In this document: positions 37,771 to 49,343 of the stretch, piece after piece | Layout: every line of letters starts with the position of its first letter | Position numbering within the stretch: position 1 is the stretch's first letter | DNA from: Negaprion brevirostris | Taxonomy: Eukaryota | DNA: 64,000 bases | Reading direction: 5' to 3' | Assembly: GCA_030324005.1 (NCBI GenBank) | Contig: JARDVH010000042.1 | Location: forward strand, 48,719,185 to 48,783,184 | Notes under the pieces: generated by a model | The model's input: only the letters and a program-made list of their open reading frames with translations | Databases searched by the model: none | What the model was told of the DNA's origin: nothing | Position numbers and translations under genes: made by a program

Positions 37771-39474
37771 AAGAATGAGGGCAAATGAATAGTATTGAAC
37801 CAACATCATACAATGGAGTTCCACTGAGGAGACATATAAATGCAAACCTACTTTTTCCTATTGTTCCTGAACAACCTGCTGTGCATCTTAAACCCTTGTG
37901 AAGTGGTAAATTACTGTTGGTGATAATAACAATTACTTCAAACGCTTATGCAACATTCTTAGGTCTGCCACTTTAATGGATGATTGCAGGGTTAATTTTT
38001 TTAAAATAATTAGATCAATAGCAGCCCCCCTTTTACAATCTCAAGCAAAGGAACTTTAAATGTTAACCCTTCATCTGCAAATAATATTCAAAAATAATTT
38101 CCAGCCTATATTTTTTACTGTCAAAAAAATGTCCTTGTATTGGAATTTAAACTTACTGCACACATCATTCATTAAAAATGAAAATGTACAGAAACATTCT
38201 TTGCAAGACTGAATTATGCCTTTTCAGTTTGCAACCTCATTAATTATTAATACCTCTCCTCACGTTTCCTTAGAGATGTTGACTACTTCAACAAATATAT
38301 CATGAAGGTTGTTTCCCTGGTTACTGGACAGTAATAATGGGAATCTCCAAAGCAAACAAACAAACTAAATAAGAATTACATAGCTCAATTCTATACATGC
38401 TCACTAACAGGAAAACAGTCAACAGTTTAAACATAAAAACACAGTTATAAAGTAAGAACTATGGGATCCGAATGCTTTAAATTAAGCCACACCCATCATC
38501 ATTCCAACCCCACTCCCTATTATGTTTCCACACCCTCGGCATTTATGGATCTGTAGTGACAAACAGGCTAAAATAAAACATGTTATATATATTCTCCCTA
38601 TCTCAAAAAAGTATCTACAACCAGTCTCAAAAAAAGCCTTCAGAAAACTGTCAGGTATATTTCTGAAAGTTTCTTTGAAAAAAGGCTATATTTTAGCAGC
38701 TTGCTGATATTATATAATGGTGCTGAAATTTCCTTAGGAGTTCTACCAGTTTCCTGTTAAAGCTCCATCAAAATAACCCAGCTGAACCCTAGGGAATAGC
38801 ACTTTTGGTTGATTTCAGTGGGAAACTGAAGAAGCAAATCACATAAACCAACAGTTCATTTGAGTAGGTTAATGTCTCAACTTTCTGCCCAATAGTAGAA
38901 GAATGTAAAATCTGATCATTGTCAATCATTCAATTCATTTTTGATTCCAATTATTACCAGTGGGGGGAGGAAAGCGACTGAGCTTTCTTGTACAAAGCCG
39001 GTATGTGGATTAAAATAGTGAAATACTTAAATTACTGTAAAGGATCTGTGTGTATTCTGTACCGGCTGTGCAAACTGTCTGAAGTCAACCATTGTGTTCC
39101 AAGTCCTGCACTGACTGTGATCAGCAAACTCAGCAAAGGCCAGTGATTCAATGATTCTTCAAGTATGTGCTGCGAGTCAACATGGCATTCTGCTGCAGTT
39201 AAGCACTGAGCCATCACACAAGACTTAACCCAAACAATTTCCCACACAAGATGTTACCCCTTTGCTGTGCTGTAATTCTAATAGATAAGGAGTTGCTCGA
39301 ATATGTGCAGCTTGTTGCCATGGTGACAGAAGGGCGCTCATGGGCACTGAGGAGCAATGTGAGGCTTATTGGTTTTCATTTTGTGCCAGCTCTGCAAGGT
39401 GAGTGAAATTTATTTTTGGCACTATTAGAAAGTGCACAGAATTAAGGTTTTAGGTCTGGTGTTTGCTTTTTGCG

Positions 39475-40485
39475 TGGGCAAGTGCATAACTGTGGTGGTA
39501 GTGTGTGCTGTGAGGAGGATGCTAAGAGGCTGCAGGGTTACTTGGACAGGCTGACTGAATGGGCAAATACTTGGCAAACGCAATATAATGTGGACAAATG
39601 TGAGGTTACCCACTTTGGTGAAAAAAACAGGAAGGAAGATTATCTGAATGGTGGCAGTTTAGGAAAAGAGAAAGTGACCTGGGTGTCATGGTGGAACAGT
39701 CTCGGAAGGTTGGCATGCAGGTACAGCAGACGGTGAAGAAAGCTAATGGCATGCGGGCCTTCATAGCAAGGGGATTCATATATAGGAGTAGGGATGTCTT
39801 GCTGCAGTTATTATACAGGGTCTTGGTCAGGCCACAGTTTTGGGCCGCTGGTCTGAGGAAGGACATTCTTGCTATTGAGGGAGTTCAGCATAGGTTCACA
39901 AGACTGATTCTCAGAACGGCAGGACTGACATATTAAGAAAGACTGGATCGACTGAGCTTGCACTCACTGGAATTTAGAAGAATGAGAGGGGATCTCACAG
40001 AAACAAATAAAATCCTGATGGGACTGGACAGGCTACATGTGGGAAGAATGTTTCCAATGTTGGGGAAGTCCAGAACTCGGGGTCACAGTCTAAGAATAAG
40101 GGGTAAGCCACTCAGGATTGAAATGAGGAATAACTTCTTCACTCAGAGAATTGCAAACCTATGGAATTCTCTACACAGAAAGCTGTTGGGGCCAGTTTGT
40201 TAGACGTGTTTGAGAGGGAGTTGGACGTGGCCCATGTGGCGAAAGGGACCATGGGGTATGGAAAGGANNNNNNNNNNNNNNNNNNNNNNNNNNNNNNNNN
40301 NNNNNNNNNNNNNNNNNNNNNNNNNNNNNNNNNNNNNNNNNNNNNNNNNNNNNNNNNNNNNNNNNNNAAGGAAGTGGGAATGGGATACTGAAAGTGCAAG
40401 ATTAGCCATGATAATATCGAATGATGGTGCAGGCTCAAAGGGCCAAATGGTCTACTCCTGCATCTATTTTCTACCTTTCTATGTA
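39475..40485 (+). mobile_element. CR1 LINE 3' ~1 kb, decayed
   Basis: EEDAKRLQGYLDRLTEWANTWQTQYNVDKCEVTHFG; VKKANGMRAFIARG; SLEFRRMRGDL..RNNFFTQRIANLWNSL; tail gggccaaatggtctactcctgc..ttctatg. Confidence 0.93.
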
Positions 40486-41025
40486 ACTGTCTGCATTTAT
40501 GGAGCTAATTCCCTAATTACAAACTCCATGAAGTGGTCACAGGAAGCTCTCTTCGGAGAAACCAAAAGCTCTCAGGTTTTCTATTGATTAATTTAAATAT
40601 CAAGGTCTGCGAGCTTGTGATTTCCTGACCGGCACTCCCTCGGAGCATAATTCCTCATCAGGATAACCTGGTTAGGGAATCAGTAAGTTATTTAAGCTCT
40701 CAATTACTCATTTGGAAAGTAGTTTCATTTCAGTTGCTATCTCATACATACGAAATATTTCATATCCCACATATCATCAGGACATCGGCTGCATATGCGA
40801 TATTGGATGGCATGTCATCAAGAGCTCTTTCAGGGTTCACAGTCTGTTACAACATTATAAAATTATACACACTCACCTTTCTACCAACACTGATGTCTGC
40901 CATCTAGGCAATGACCATCAAATCTAGCATATACACCAGCTTGTCTGACCTTATCCTTGTAGGGGGCTTTCTTTCACAGACACAGTAGAATTCGTTACAA
41001 CTGACCAATTTAAATGCTCACTGTT

Positions 41026-41673
41026 AGTTAGACTTGCCCTTGCCTATGATATTTTCTGTGACAAATAGTTGGAAGTGTGAGGTGAAAGTGATGTGATGCA
41101 TTTTACAGAGCATGTGTTATTTGAATAAACAACGCAAGTGTCTTCTTAACCAATCAGATTAAAGGATCCTGTCACTAACAGGGCAAGAGTTGCAAAGGAA
41201 ATGAAATTTAGAATGGGTGAATTTAATGTCAAACTAGGTACGTGCAAGAGAAATAAAGAAGGGGCAGAAAGATCACATTAAGAGACAGAAAAAAAGAGAA
41301 AAAAACAATGGAAGTATTTTTAAAATTTCCAAACAATAAAACCTGGAGAAATGAGACTCCATATGTAATAATTCATAGTGCTAGAGAGGTTGATCAACAA
41401 TAATGAACACTTATTACAGCATTAAAAATGTACTTAAGACTTGAAATGATAACTTTCTTTGGTGGGTTTACTTCATATTCCCTATGCATTGTGAACATCA
41501 TGGCATTCGGTGGATTGATTGGAGAGCTGTTATTTATGCAAAGTTAACAGCTGAGCAGTCCACCTCTGACAGCAACTTTGTGATTGCCACTTTTAATCAC
41601 ACATCTGCTCCCTGTTGCTGTAGTTTTTTTGCATATAAACAGTGAATGCTGTTACCCTAGTAAACTTTGGGCC
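41026..41673. mobile_element. Possible Harbinger-like non-autonomous element
   Basis: Right terminus gtaaactttgggcc followed by TAA. The left terminus is unclear. Confidence 0.3.
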
Positions 41674-42199
41674 TAATGTTTTTACCCATGCACAATGATC
41701 TGTAGTCCTTTGCCTCTCTGGAATTAATACTTGGAAAGTGGATGGTTTATGCTGAACAATTGTGGCCAGTTTTAACTTGCTTAGAGCATGAGGGAAGGGA
41801 GTCAGAGAACTCACAGCTGCCCAATGCTCTTGCTGCACAGGGATTATGGGGGCTTGTGGAGACATACATGCCTTCCAGCAGTGACATATATGTAGCAACA
41901 TAGGAGTCAATCCGCCTCTTATGTCAGTGACAGCTTAACGCTAGCATGTAACCACATACAGGAGATTGGAGGCAAGCAGCCAAAGAACTAATCCCACTGG
42001 AGTTCCTGCAAGAAGTGCCACTGGCATTGATAAAGCTACATCAAAGTGACTGTGTGCCTGAAGAATCCCTTGCATGTTGTTTGAACAAATATCCTCAAGC
42101 AGGAAAATACTTTGATTCAGGTCGGCTCAAGATCTAGCATGAAGAAGAACATCTTAGAATTGACAAATCTAGTTAAATAACTGCACTGAGCTATTAGAA

Positions 42200-42890
42200 C
42201 AAAGGCAATTAAAGGTACATGGACTGACCAGCAATGGATTAAGGCATTTTATTCCTATATTAGGAGCAAGAGAGTAGTTAGAGGGGGAGGAGTTTGAACT
42301 CTAGAGTGATTGGAGGATTTCCTAAAAATGGTCAGATACTAGGGATGGAAATAAAGAGGCCAGTATAGCACAAGTTAGGACAGCTTTAAAATAATTTAAA
42401 AAGGCTAACCTTTATCCAAAGTAGTTTAGAACACAAAGTAGAAATTAAAGATAGAGCTCCGATAAAACCCTTACTGCATTCAGGACACTACAACCCAGGA
42501 AGGGCACATTGACCTTGGTAAAGTGCAGATACACCACAATATCACTGGATTCTGAAGAGTTAAATTACAAGGACAGGTTACATAACTTAGACTTCAGCGT
42601 GTTCCTTTTGTATAGGTTAATGAGTGAACTGAAGTGCTTGAAATTGAAAATACTATTTTCATCGTTAATATAAGGGGACATTAACTGTTAAATCAAGCTA
42701 GGCAGTTTGGGATGATGTCACAAAGTACTTCACACAAATATTAGCAACAATTGTTGCGGCAGGGCAATTCAAAGTTTTAAAAATGCGATTCACAAATTTC
42801 TGTTCGGGGAGTGTATTAAGTGATATGGAGTTAAGGCTATTAAACAAAGATGCAGATCACCCTCCCCACTTTAATGGAAAAATCTGGTTC
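42200..42890 (+). mobile_element. Highly degraded CR1 3' fragment
   Basis: aaaaaggctaac.., cagatacaccacaatatcactgg, ttaaattacaaggacagg, actattttc and aagtacttcacacaaa are degenerate CR1 motifs in the expected order. Confidence 0.5.
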
Positions 42891-42894
42891 AAGG

Positions 42895-43100
42895 AACTGA
42901 TGGCAGTAGACAGAGGGGAACCGGTGGATGTGGTGTTTCTAAAAGGTTACTTCAGAAGGTTAGGGTGCACGGATTTGGGGGTAAAGTGTTAGCATGGATA
43001 GAGGATTGGTTGTCTAATAGGAGGCAGAGAGTTGGTATCAATGGATGCTATTCTGATTGGCGGTTGGTGACTAGTGGAGTGCCGCAGGGATCGGTGCTGG
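42895..43100 (+). mobile_element. Younger CR1 RT fragment (ends at gap)
   Basis: AVDRGEPVDVVFL; HGFGGKVLAWIEDWLSNRRQRVGINGCYSDWRLVTSGVPQGSVL. Confidence 0.88.
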
Positions 43101-43200
43101 NNNNNNNNNNNNNNNNNNNNNNNNNNNNNNNNNNNNNNNNNNNNNNNNNNNNNNNNNNNNNNNNNNNNNNNNNNNNNNNNNNNNNNNNNNNNNNNNNNNN

Positions 43201-43452
43201 GTGGGAGTTTGTGCATTCTCCCTGTGGTTGCGTGGGTTTCCTCCGGGCGCTCCGGTTTCCTCCCACACCCCAAAGGTATGCTCTTAGGCTGATTGGTATA
43301 CCAAATTGACACTATTCTCCCCTGAATCTGGCTTAGGGGTTCCACTCACATGCACACAGGGCAGGGTAGGTGTAGGAGGATGCGACAGCGTGGGCTCGTT
43401 GGGCCGAAGGGCCTGTTTCCCGTGCTGGGTTGTTCTTTGTTCTCTGTATGCA
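43201..43452 (+). mobile_element. V-SINE (HE1-type) 3' part with CR1-type tail
   Basis: V-domain gggagtttgtgcattctccc..gcgtgggtttcctccgggcgctccggtttcctcccac and tail gggccgaagggcctgtttcc. Confidence 0.85.
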
Positions 43453-44094
43453 CTTAAAACACCAAGGAGCAACATTTTTGTGGGGTTTCTCTCACTCTAC
43501 AGCCGTAATTTGGACAAAAACCCTGGAGAAGCAGCAACCACTAGCTATTTATGCTTCTCCAAAGTTTCTGCTGATTCTCCTCCAAAATTCTATAGGTCAA
43601 CAAAAATCTGGTGAAATTCTACTCATACAAAACACCACCTGAATCTATGTCATATAGAGTCTGCCGCAGAACGACAATAACATTGCATTAATCTCAATAT
43701 ATACTGCAATCTCTATTTCTTCCTGCAGATTAGAATGCAAGGTACATTTTATTAAAAGTTGCTGTGCAGGTGCAAATAGCATCTATTCCAGGCAGGGGAG
43801 AACCACTATCACATTCATGGGAGCCCATCAGTTCAAATTAGCATGGCTTCAATCTGCTGCTGGCAGGCAGGAAGCTTCCTCAAATCAGTGGTTTCCTGCC
43901 AGAGGGCAGCTGGCAGTTACCAACCTTCCTCCCCCTAGCCATGATTAAAAGATTAGCAAGACAATTGTTTTTCAACAGAACTAGAGAATCAACTAAAGCT
44001 ATCTAGAAGTGTGGGAGATAGTGGCATCCTAGCTTTCCCCAGGAAGTTCCAACCAACTAATAGGCTAAATGGAGCACCTACGGAGTACAGAAAG

Positions 44095-44312
44095 GAAAAA
44101 AAGACACCTTTCATGGCTTTTCAGAGTGTCTCAAAGCGTTTTACAGCCAAAGGACTTTTGAAATGTGGTCACTGATAGGTCAGAAACCCAAATGCTGGCT
44201 TGCGTTCAGCAAACTTCCACAAATCGAAACGTAATAAAACCCAGATAATCTGTTTGTGATATTGATGAGGGATAAGTATCAGCCAGTACATCAGCAATAA
44301 CTCCCCTGTTTA
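44095..44312 (-). mobile_element. DeuSINE (SacSINE1/AmnSINE1-like) fragment
   Basis: Reverse complement of the Deu-domain/tail: aaagcgttttacagccaa..ttttgaaatgtggtcactg..ccagataatctgtttgtgatattgatgagggataagtatcagccag..aactcccctg. Confidence 0.75.
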
Positions 44313-44539
44313 GGAGAGCCGATGCACATTCTGTTAGGGTATGAGCAAAACACCTTGGGAATGAGTGAATAAAAAGGGGGAATGAGTGAATAAAAAGGAA
44401 GAGGACAGTTATTGAAAAAAGAACCAATTCCTGGCAGTTCCATCCAAGACCGGGGGATAGTTACAAGCAAGAACCTCGATAAGCCGAAGGGCTTTTTCCG
44501 CATTATGTGACTCTATGTATGTGCAACATTTGTCTTTAC

Positions 44540-44720
44540 TCACAGAATGCTCACAGCACAGAAGGAAGTCATTTGGAACACTGAGTTCTTACTGGCTTTC
44601 TGCAAGATCAATTTAACTATTCTCATTCCCCACTCTTTCCTAAAGTCCTATATTTGTTTCCTATCCAGTATTTACCTACTTCTCTAATACAATCATTGAA
44701 TGGTTACACCAATCAACCTT
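44540..44720 (-). mobile_element. CR1 3' tail fragment
   Basis: acagcacagaaggaagtcatttgg (tail, reverse complement) followed by 3' UTR-like sequence. Confidence 0.6.
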
Positions 44721-44785
44721 GTAACTTCAAGACTTCTATGAGACACATTCAAGCACAGACATTTATTCAACACCACAAGCACTTC

Positions 44786-45583
44786 AGGGAGATTTTCCGC
44801 TGCTGTTTTTGGGAGGCAGGAATGGCGACAGGGGCAGAAAGTCAAGAGGGTGTGTCAAAGTGGCTTTCACGCCAGCAGAGTTTCCCTGCTTGTTCATTTC
44901 CCCCAATGCGAATGATATAATGGAGTTCCTGCCAAAAAAGATCAGAAACCCCATTAGCATATATTTAAATATAATTAGCAAGCTTCCCTGCAGCATTATC
45001 CCCCATGTGAGGATTTCCCCCCTCCACTGACATGATGTCACAGCAACCGAGTTTACAACAGGGGACCTGCCAAACTACCCCCACTTGGGGCACACAGATA
45101 AGTAAATGCCTGGGATTGGGGAGTGGGGGGAGGTGTTGGGTGAGAATCATGCTTGGGCGCTGCCAGGGGTAACTGTTGGGAGGTTCAGAGTGAAGTGAGG
45201 GTTCTTGGGAGAAGGGGGTCCACAGGTGGGGTCCTGAGTCCATGGGGGAGGGTCAGGGTCAGGTCTTCCCGAATCTGTTTGGTGGAAGGGGTGCTGCCTT
45301 AGGTCTTGCCAATTCCGTGGGGCACAGGTGATTCCAAGTCTGTGGTGGTAGGTGTTCCAATGTGATGTTTGTGTCTCTTATTTTCTGTTGTTTTCAGATC
45401 AGGGTGCCCTCACTTTATCAGGGACCGAGGCTGCTGGTGGGTTTTAATGGGACCCAGCTCCAGGGCTCTTTTTGACAATGTGTCAAAAAATATGGTGGCA
45501 AAAGCTAGCCACACTGTCAGTGTTCTACACACCACTCTTACCGCATGACGACACAGTGTCAAAAAAAAGAGAAAAGTCAGCCT
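44786..45583. mobile_element. PIF/Harbinger-like non-autonomous element
   Basis: Termini agggagattttcc / gaaaagtcagcc. The internal atatttaaatataattagc block resembles ctttaaatataattag in 61-1187. Confidence 0.5.
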
Positions 45584-45925
45584 TTAGAAGTTCACCTGTT
45601 GTGGCATTTTTGTGCCATTTAGAAATAGTTCACATTTTTCAATTGCACATGTTTGGATATTGTAACTTGTGATCTTATTCTTAGCTTGGGTTACTAATTT
45701 CTATCAGTTGTTAACAGAATGGCTTGAACAGTCACCTTAGCATAATGAGCTAAATGATGCAAACAGTTCTGGTAATACAAAAAGATGCCAATTCATCTGT
45801 GACTGAACACAGCACTCTGAAATTCCTGTAATNNNNNNNNNNNNNNNNNNNNNNNNNNNNNNNNNNNNNNNNNNNNNNNNNNNNNNNNNNNNNNNNNNNN
45901 NNNNNNNNNNNNNNNNNNNNNNNNN

Positions 45926-46045
45926 ATCCATCCCATTCATCATCTTATACGTCTCAATGAGATCTCCCCTCAATCTTCTAAACTCTAACAAGTACAAGCC
46001 TAATTTATTCAGCCTCTCGTCATAGTTCAACCCCCTCAACTCCGG
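45926..46045 (-). mobile_element. CR1 fragment (3' part lost in gap)
   Basis: RGLNYDERLNKLGLYLLEFRRLRGDLIETYKMMNGMD. Confidence 0.88.
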
Positions 46046-46277
46046 TATTCATCTTGGTACACTTATGAAATGCATTCATAAATTTTATTTTGACTCTAAC
46101 CTGTTTATTTATCTATGGGGCAACTACCTTTAAGTCGAACTGTATTTAAACCATATTCGTCTGTTACTTAAATATCTCTGCTGATTGCTATTTGATTTGA
46201 TGTTTCTGCAACCAATTAGTTAAATTCTACTCCAACATCATTGCTAGGATTCCTCTTTTACACTATCGATTTTCTAA

Positions 46278-46480
46278 GATAGGGATTTTCTGGCCTTTCC
46301 TGCCGGCAGGATCCTCCAGTCTCACTGAAGGCAGCCACCCACTGGGTTTTCCGGTAGCAGGGCAGGTGAGCCCTACAAAATGTCACAGTCCTCAGCGGAC
46401 TGGAGGTTCCTGCCAGCAGCCAATGGTGAGCTACCTCTCCCACTGGAAAACACACCACGGGGTGGGGGAAAATCCCAGCC
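46278..46480 (+). mobile_element. ~200-bp Harbinger-like MITE (family A)
   Basis: Termini gatagggattttc / gaaaatcccagcc with flanks TAA/TTA. Internal 17-bp inverted repeat at 46305-46321 / 46398-46414. Confidence 0.7.
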
Positions 46481-46663
46481 TTATTGTTCTCCTCCTTTCA
46501 GGTCACCTCTCTGGAGCATTGCATCATTACCCTCCCAATCTTGACTACAAATATTTGTCTTATCAAGACCAGTCCACAATAAAGTCCCCATAATCTAATC
46601 CAGTTACTACTATAAACCTTCCTAAATCACCTGCAACTTTCATCCTTAATTTCATATATGTTG

Positions 46664-46930
46664 TAACAACTCGAAGCAACTCAATGTGGCAAATAACTAA
46701 CTAAAGGATTTATTGATAAGGAGAGCTATATATATATAACAAGGGGTTTAACAGTACAACTATATAGGTCTGCACCAAACAATACCCTGACTCCAAGTGA
46801 AGCCCTCCAACCCCAGGACTATTCACCCTGGCTCCTGATTGGCCCAAGTTGAGGTGCTCACGCTCCATTGGCTCTGGCTCAGTCACATGGCCTGTGAAGG
46901 ATCATCCCTTAAAGGTACCATGCTATCACA
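46664..46930 (-). mobile_element. Short solo LTR (Gypsy-like)
   Basis: Minus strand begins TGTGATAG, has two CCAAT boxes and AATAAA, and ends GAGTTGTTA. Flanked by a GTTG(T) direct repeat. Confidence 0.6.
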
Positions 46931-47417
46931 GTTGTTCACAGCATTCTCCCAATAGGTACCTTCTTACTGTCAACTTATGAAAATTATTATCCCCTCCCCC
47001 TTCTTAGGTCACAAATCTTTTTTGTATTAATAATACTATTCCCTTTTCCTTTTTTATCCCTCCTGAAGATGTTATTAGTAAGAATATTTAGTTCCCCATC
47101 TTGCCCCAGCAAATGCTAGTTTCCACCAAGACCACATGCAGCATTATGTTGTTCAATTCTTATTAGTTCATCAATTTATTTCTAATGTTTTTCATATTCA
47201 CATGTAAACACTGAATCTTTTATCCATTCGTAAAGCCTTATTTTCTTCTACCTTTACCATTATTTTTCTAGTTACCTTTCTCCTTATTAGCCCCACCACG
47301 TTTCCCCATTCTACAATGCGCATCATCTAATCCTTCTGTCTTCCATACAATGTTCAATTTTTTCACAAGTTTAGTAACTTTGACCTCGCTCTGGATTATA
47401 TGCTAAAGATATCCCAG

Positions 47418-47750
47418 GATAAATGTCAGCATTTATTGCCATCCCTAATTACCCATGAGTGGCTTGCAGGGCCATTTCAGAGGGCAGTTATGAGTCGAAC
47501 ACATTGCTATGGGTCTGGAGTCAACACGTAGCCCAACTCGGTAAGGACAGTAAATTTTCTTCCCAAAAGGACATTAGTGAACCAGATGGATTTTTACAAT
47601 CATCGATGATAGTTTCATGATGACCATTTACTGAGACTAGCTTTACATTCCAAATTGATTAATTGAATTTGAACTCCACCAGCTGCCATGCAGGGTTTGT
47701 CTCTATCCCCAGAGATTTATCTAGGTCTCTGGAGTAGCAGTCCAGTGACA
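47418..47750 (-). mobile_element. Copy of the 24965 SINE family
   Basis: Reverse complement of tail and central block: cagcatttattgccatccctaatt..gagtggcttgc..ccatttcagagggcagtt..gtaaggacag..ggacattagtgaaccag. Confidence 0.8.
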
Positions 47751-48212
47751 GTAGAATCCAGAGCATCCCTACAGTGCAGAAGGAGGCCATTTGGCCCATC
47801 AAGTGTGCACCAATTCTCCGACAGAGTATTTTATGTAGGCTCTATCCCCGTAATGCCACATACTTACCCAGCTAATCCCCCGATCCGACACATCTTTGGA
47901 CACTAAGGGACAATTTAGCACGGCCAATACACCTAACCTGCACATCTTTGGACACTAAGGGGCAATTTAGCATGGCCAATCCACCTAACCCGCACATCTT
48001 TGGACANNNNNNNNNNNNNNNNNNNNNNNNNNNNNNNNNNNNNNNNNNNNNNNNNNNNNNNNNNNNNNNNNNNNNNNNNNNNNNNNNNNNNNNNNNNNNN
48101 NNNNNNGAGAACCCACGCAGATACAGTGAGAATGTGCAAACTCCACACAGACAGTGACCCAAGGCTGGAATTGAATCCAGGTCCCCGGAACTGTGAGGCA
48201 GTGTGTCGTCCT
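47751..48212 (-). mobile_element. HE1-type V-SINE with internal 52-bp tandem duplication (gapped)
   Basis: Tail ctacagtgcagaaggaggccatttggccc. cacatctttggaca recurs at 47889, 47941 and 47993. The head lies after the gap. Confidence 0.88.
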
Positions 48213-48580
48213 ACTTCAACGCAACCAGTTCTGCTTGTCGTGTTTTAATTTATCAGGTGATAGCTCTTTAATTAATATGAGACAGGACTTCCAACCATCT
48301 CCAGGAGGGAGTCCTGTCTCATAGCTGCTGGCCAATTGGAGAGTACCATTTCTACCAGCTGTGGCCACTACTGGTGCTGCAGGTAGACAAAAGTGGTGGC
48401 AACCAGCAATGGACCTGGACATTTGGCAGGGTGGACTCCACACAATAGGTCAGTGGCCAGCCTACCACTCTCACATCCACCCCAATCAGACCCCAGAAAA
48501 TGCAAGGTCAGCGAATTTGGCAGTCTGACCTCAAAATTAAATGAATAATTAAAAGGTCCCTCCACTTGTTAGCAAGCTGA

Positions 48581-48821
48581 AACAAAAACAGAAAATGGTG
48601 GAGAAACTAAGCAGGTCTGACTGCATCTGTGGAGAGAGAATAGAGCCAATGCTTTGGGTCTGAGTGACCTTTTGTCATTTCAGCCCTGATGAAGGGTCAT
48701 CCAAACTCAAAACATTGGCTTTATTCTCTCTCCAGGGATGCAGTCAGACCTGCTGAGTTTCTCCAGCATTTTCTGTTTCTGCTTCAGATTCTGGCATCTG
48801 CAGTATTTTGCCTTTATATTA
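48581..48821. mobile_element. Penelope-like palindromic insertion
   Basis: ~100-bp inverted arms (about 48577-48677 / 48687-48788). 15-bp TSD ttgttagcaagctga (48566-48580) / ttgttaacaagctga (48822-48836). Confidence 0.85.
48682..48720 (+). ncRNA. Degenerate minimal hammerhead ribozyme motif
   Basis: agcc-CTGATGA-a-gggtc-atcca-aactc-AAAA-cAtt-ggct. Helix I agcc/ggct is perfect. GAAA and the ACGT palindrome each carry a CpG-to-CpA change. Confidence 0.55.
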
Positions 48822-49343
48822 TTGTTAACAAGCTGATTGGCCTCAAAGTAGGCTGTCCACACCAAAGTATGGCTGCCATGGACAACTGGGGAGATTGTTT
48901 TTTAAAGCTAACATGAGAAGAAATTCAAGGTTGTGCTCAATGTGCATTGAGGAGGATCCTCAAGATGTCGCACCCCTGCCCCTTCCTTCCACTCTACTTG
49001 CCCAACAAAACTCAGCCCTCATCACCCTCTCCTCGCTCTCCGATCCCTCCTTGTTCTAAAACCCCTGAGACTTATCTACCTATCCTGGGCAGCCATGATC
49101 CTCTTCAGGCATCTTCCTGCATTCCCAGCTGCAACCACTACTGAGCTCTGGCCCTGTCAGGGCTGATGGAGCTACTGACCAATTAGATCGAGTGGCAGCC
49201 CCGAGGGTGGGACGTCCCCTGTAAAGTCCAGCCTGAAGGCAACATTGAACGCAAAAAGTTTCAGAAAGCATGGACAAGTATGAAGCATGTCTAAATTTCA
49301 AGCCAGGACTATTTTAACTCCCAGGTCTCATTTAGACTCTTTA

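Noticed and set aside
44357-44398. 21-bp perfect tandem duplication
   Set aside because: Two-copy micro-duplication with no sign of function.
47885-48006. CRISPR-like regularly spaced repeats (also 51925-52280)
   Set aside because: These are tandem duplications without unique spacers, inside SINE/transposon sequence in a vertebrate genome, with no cas genes.
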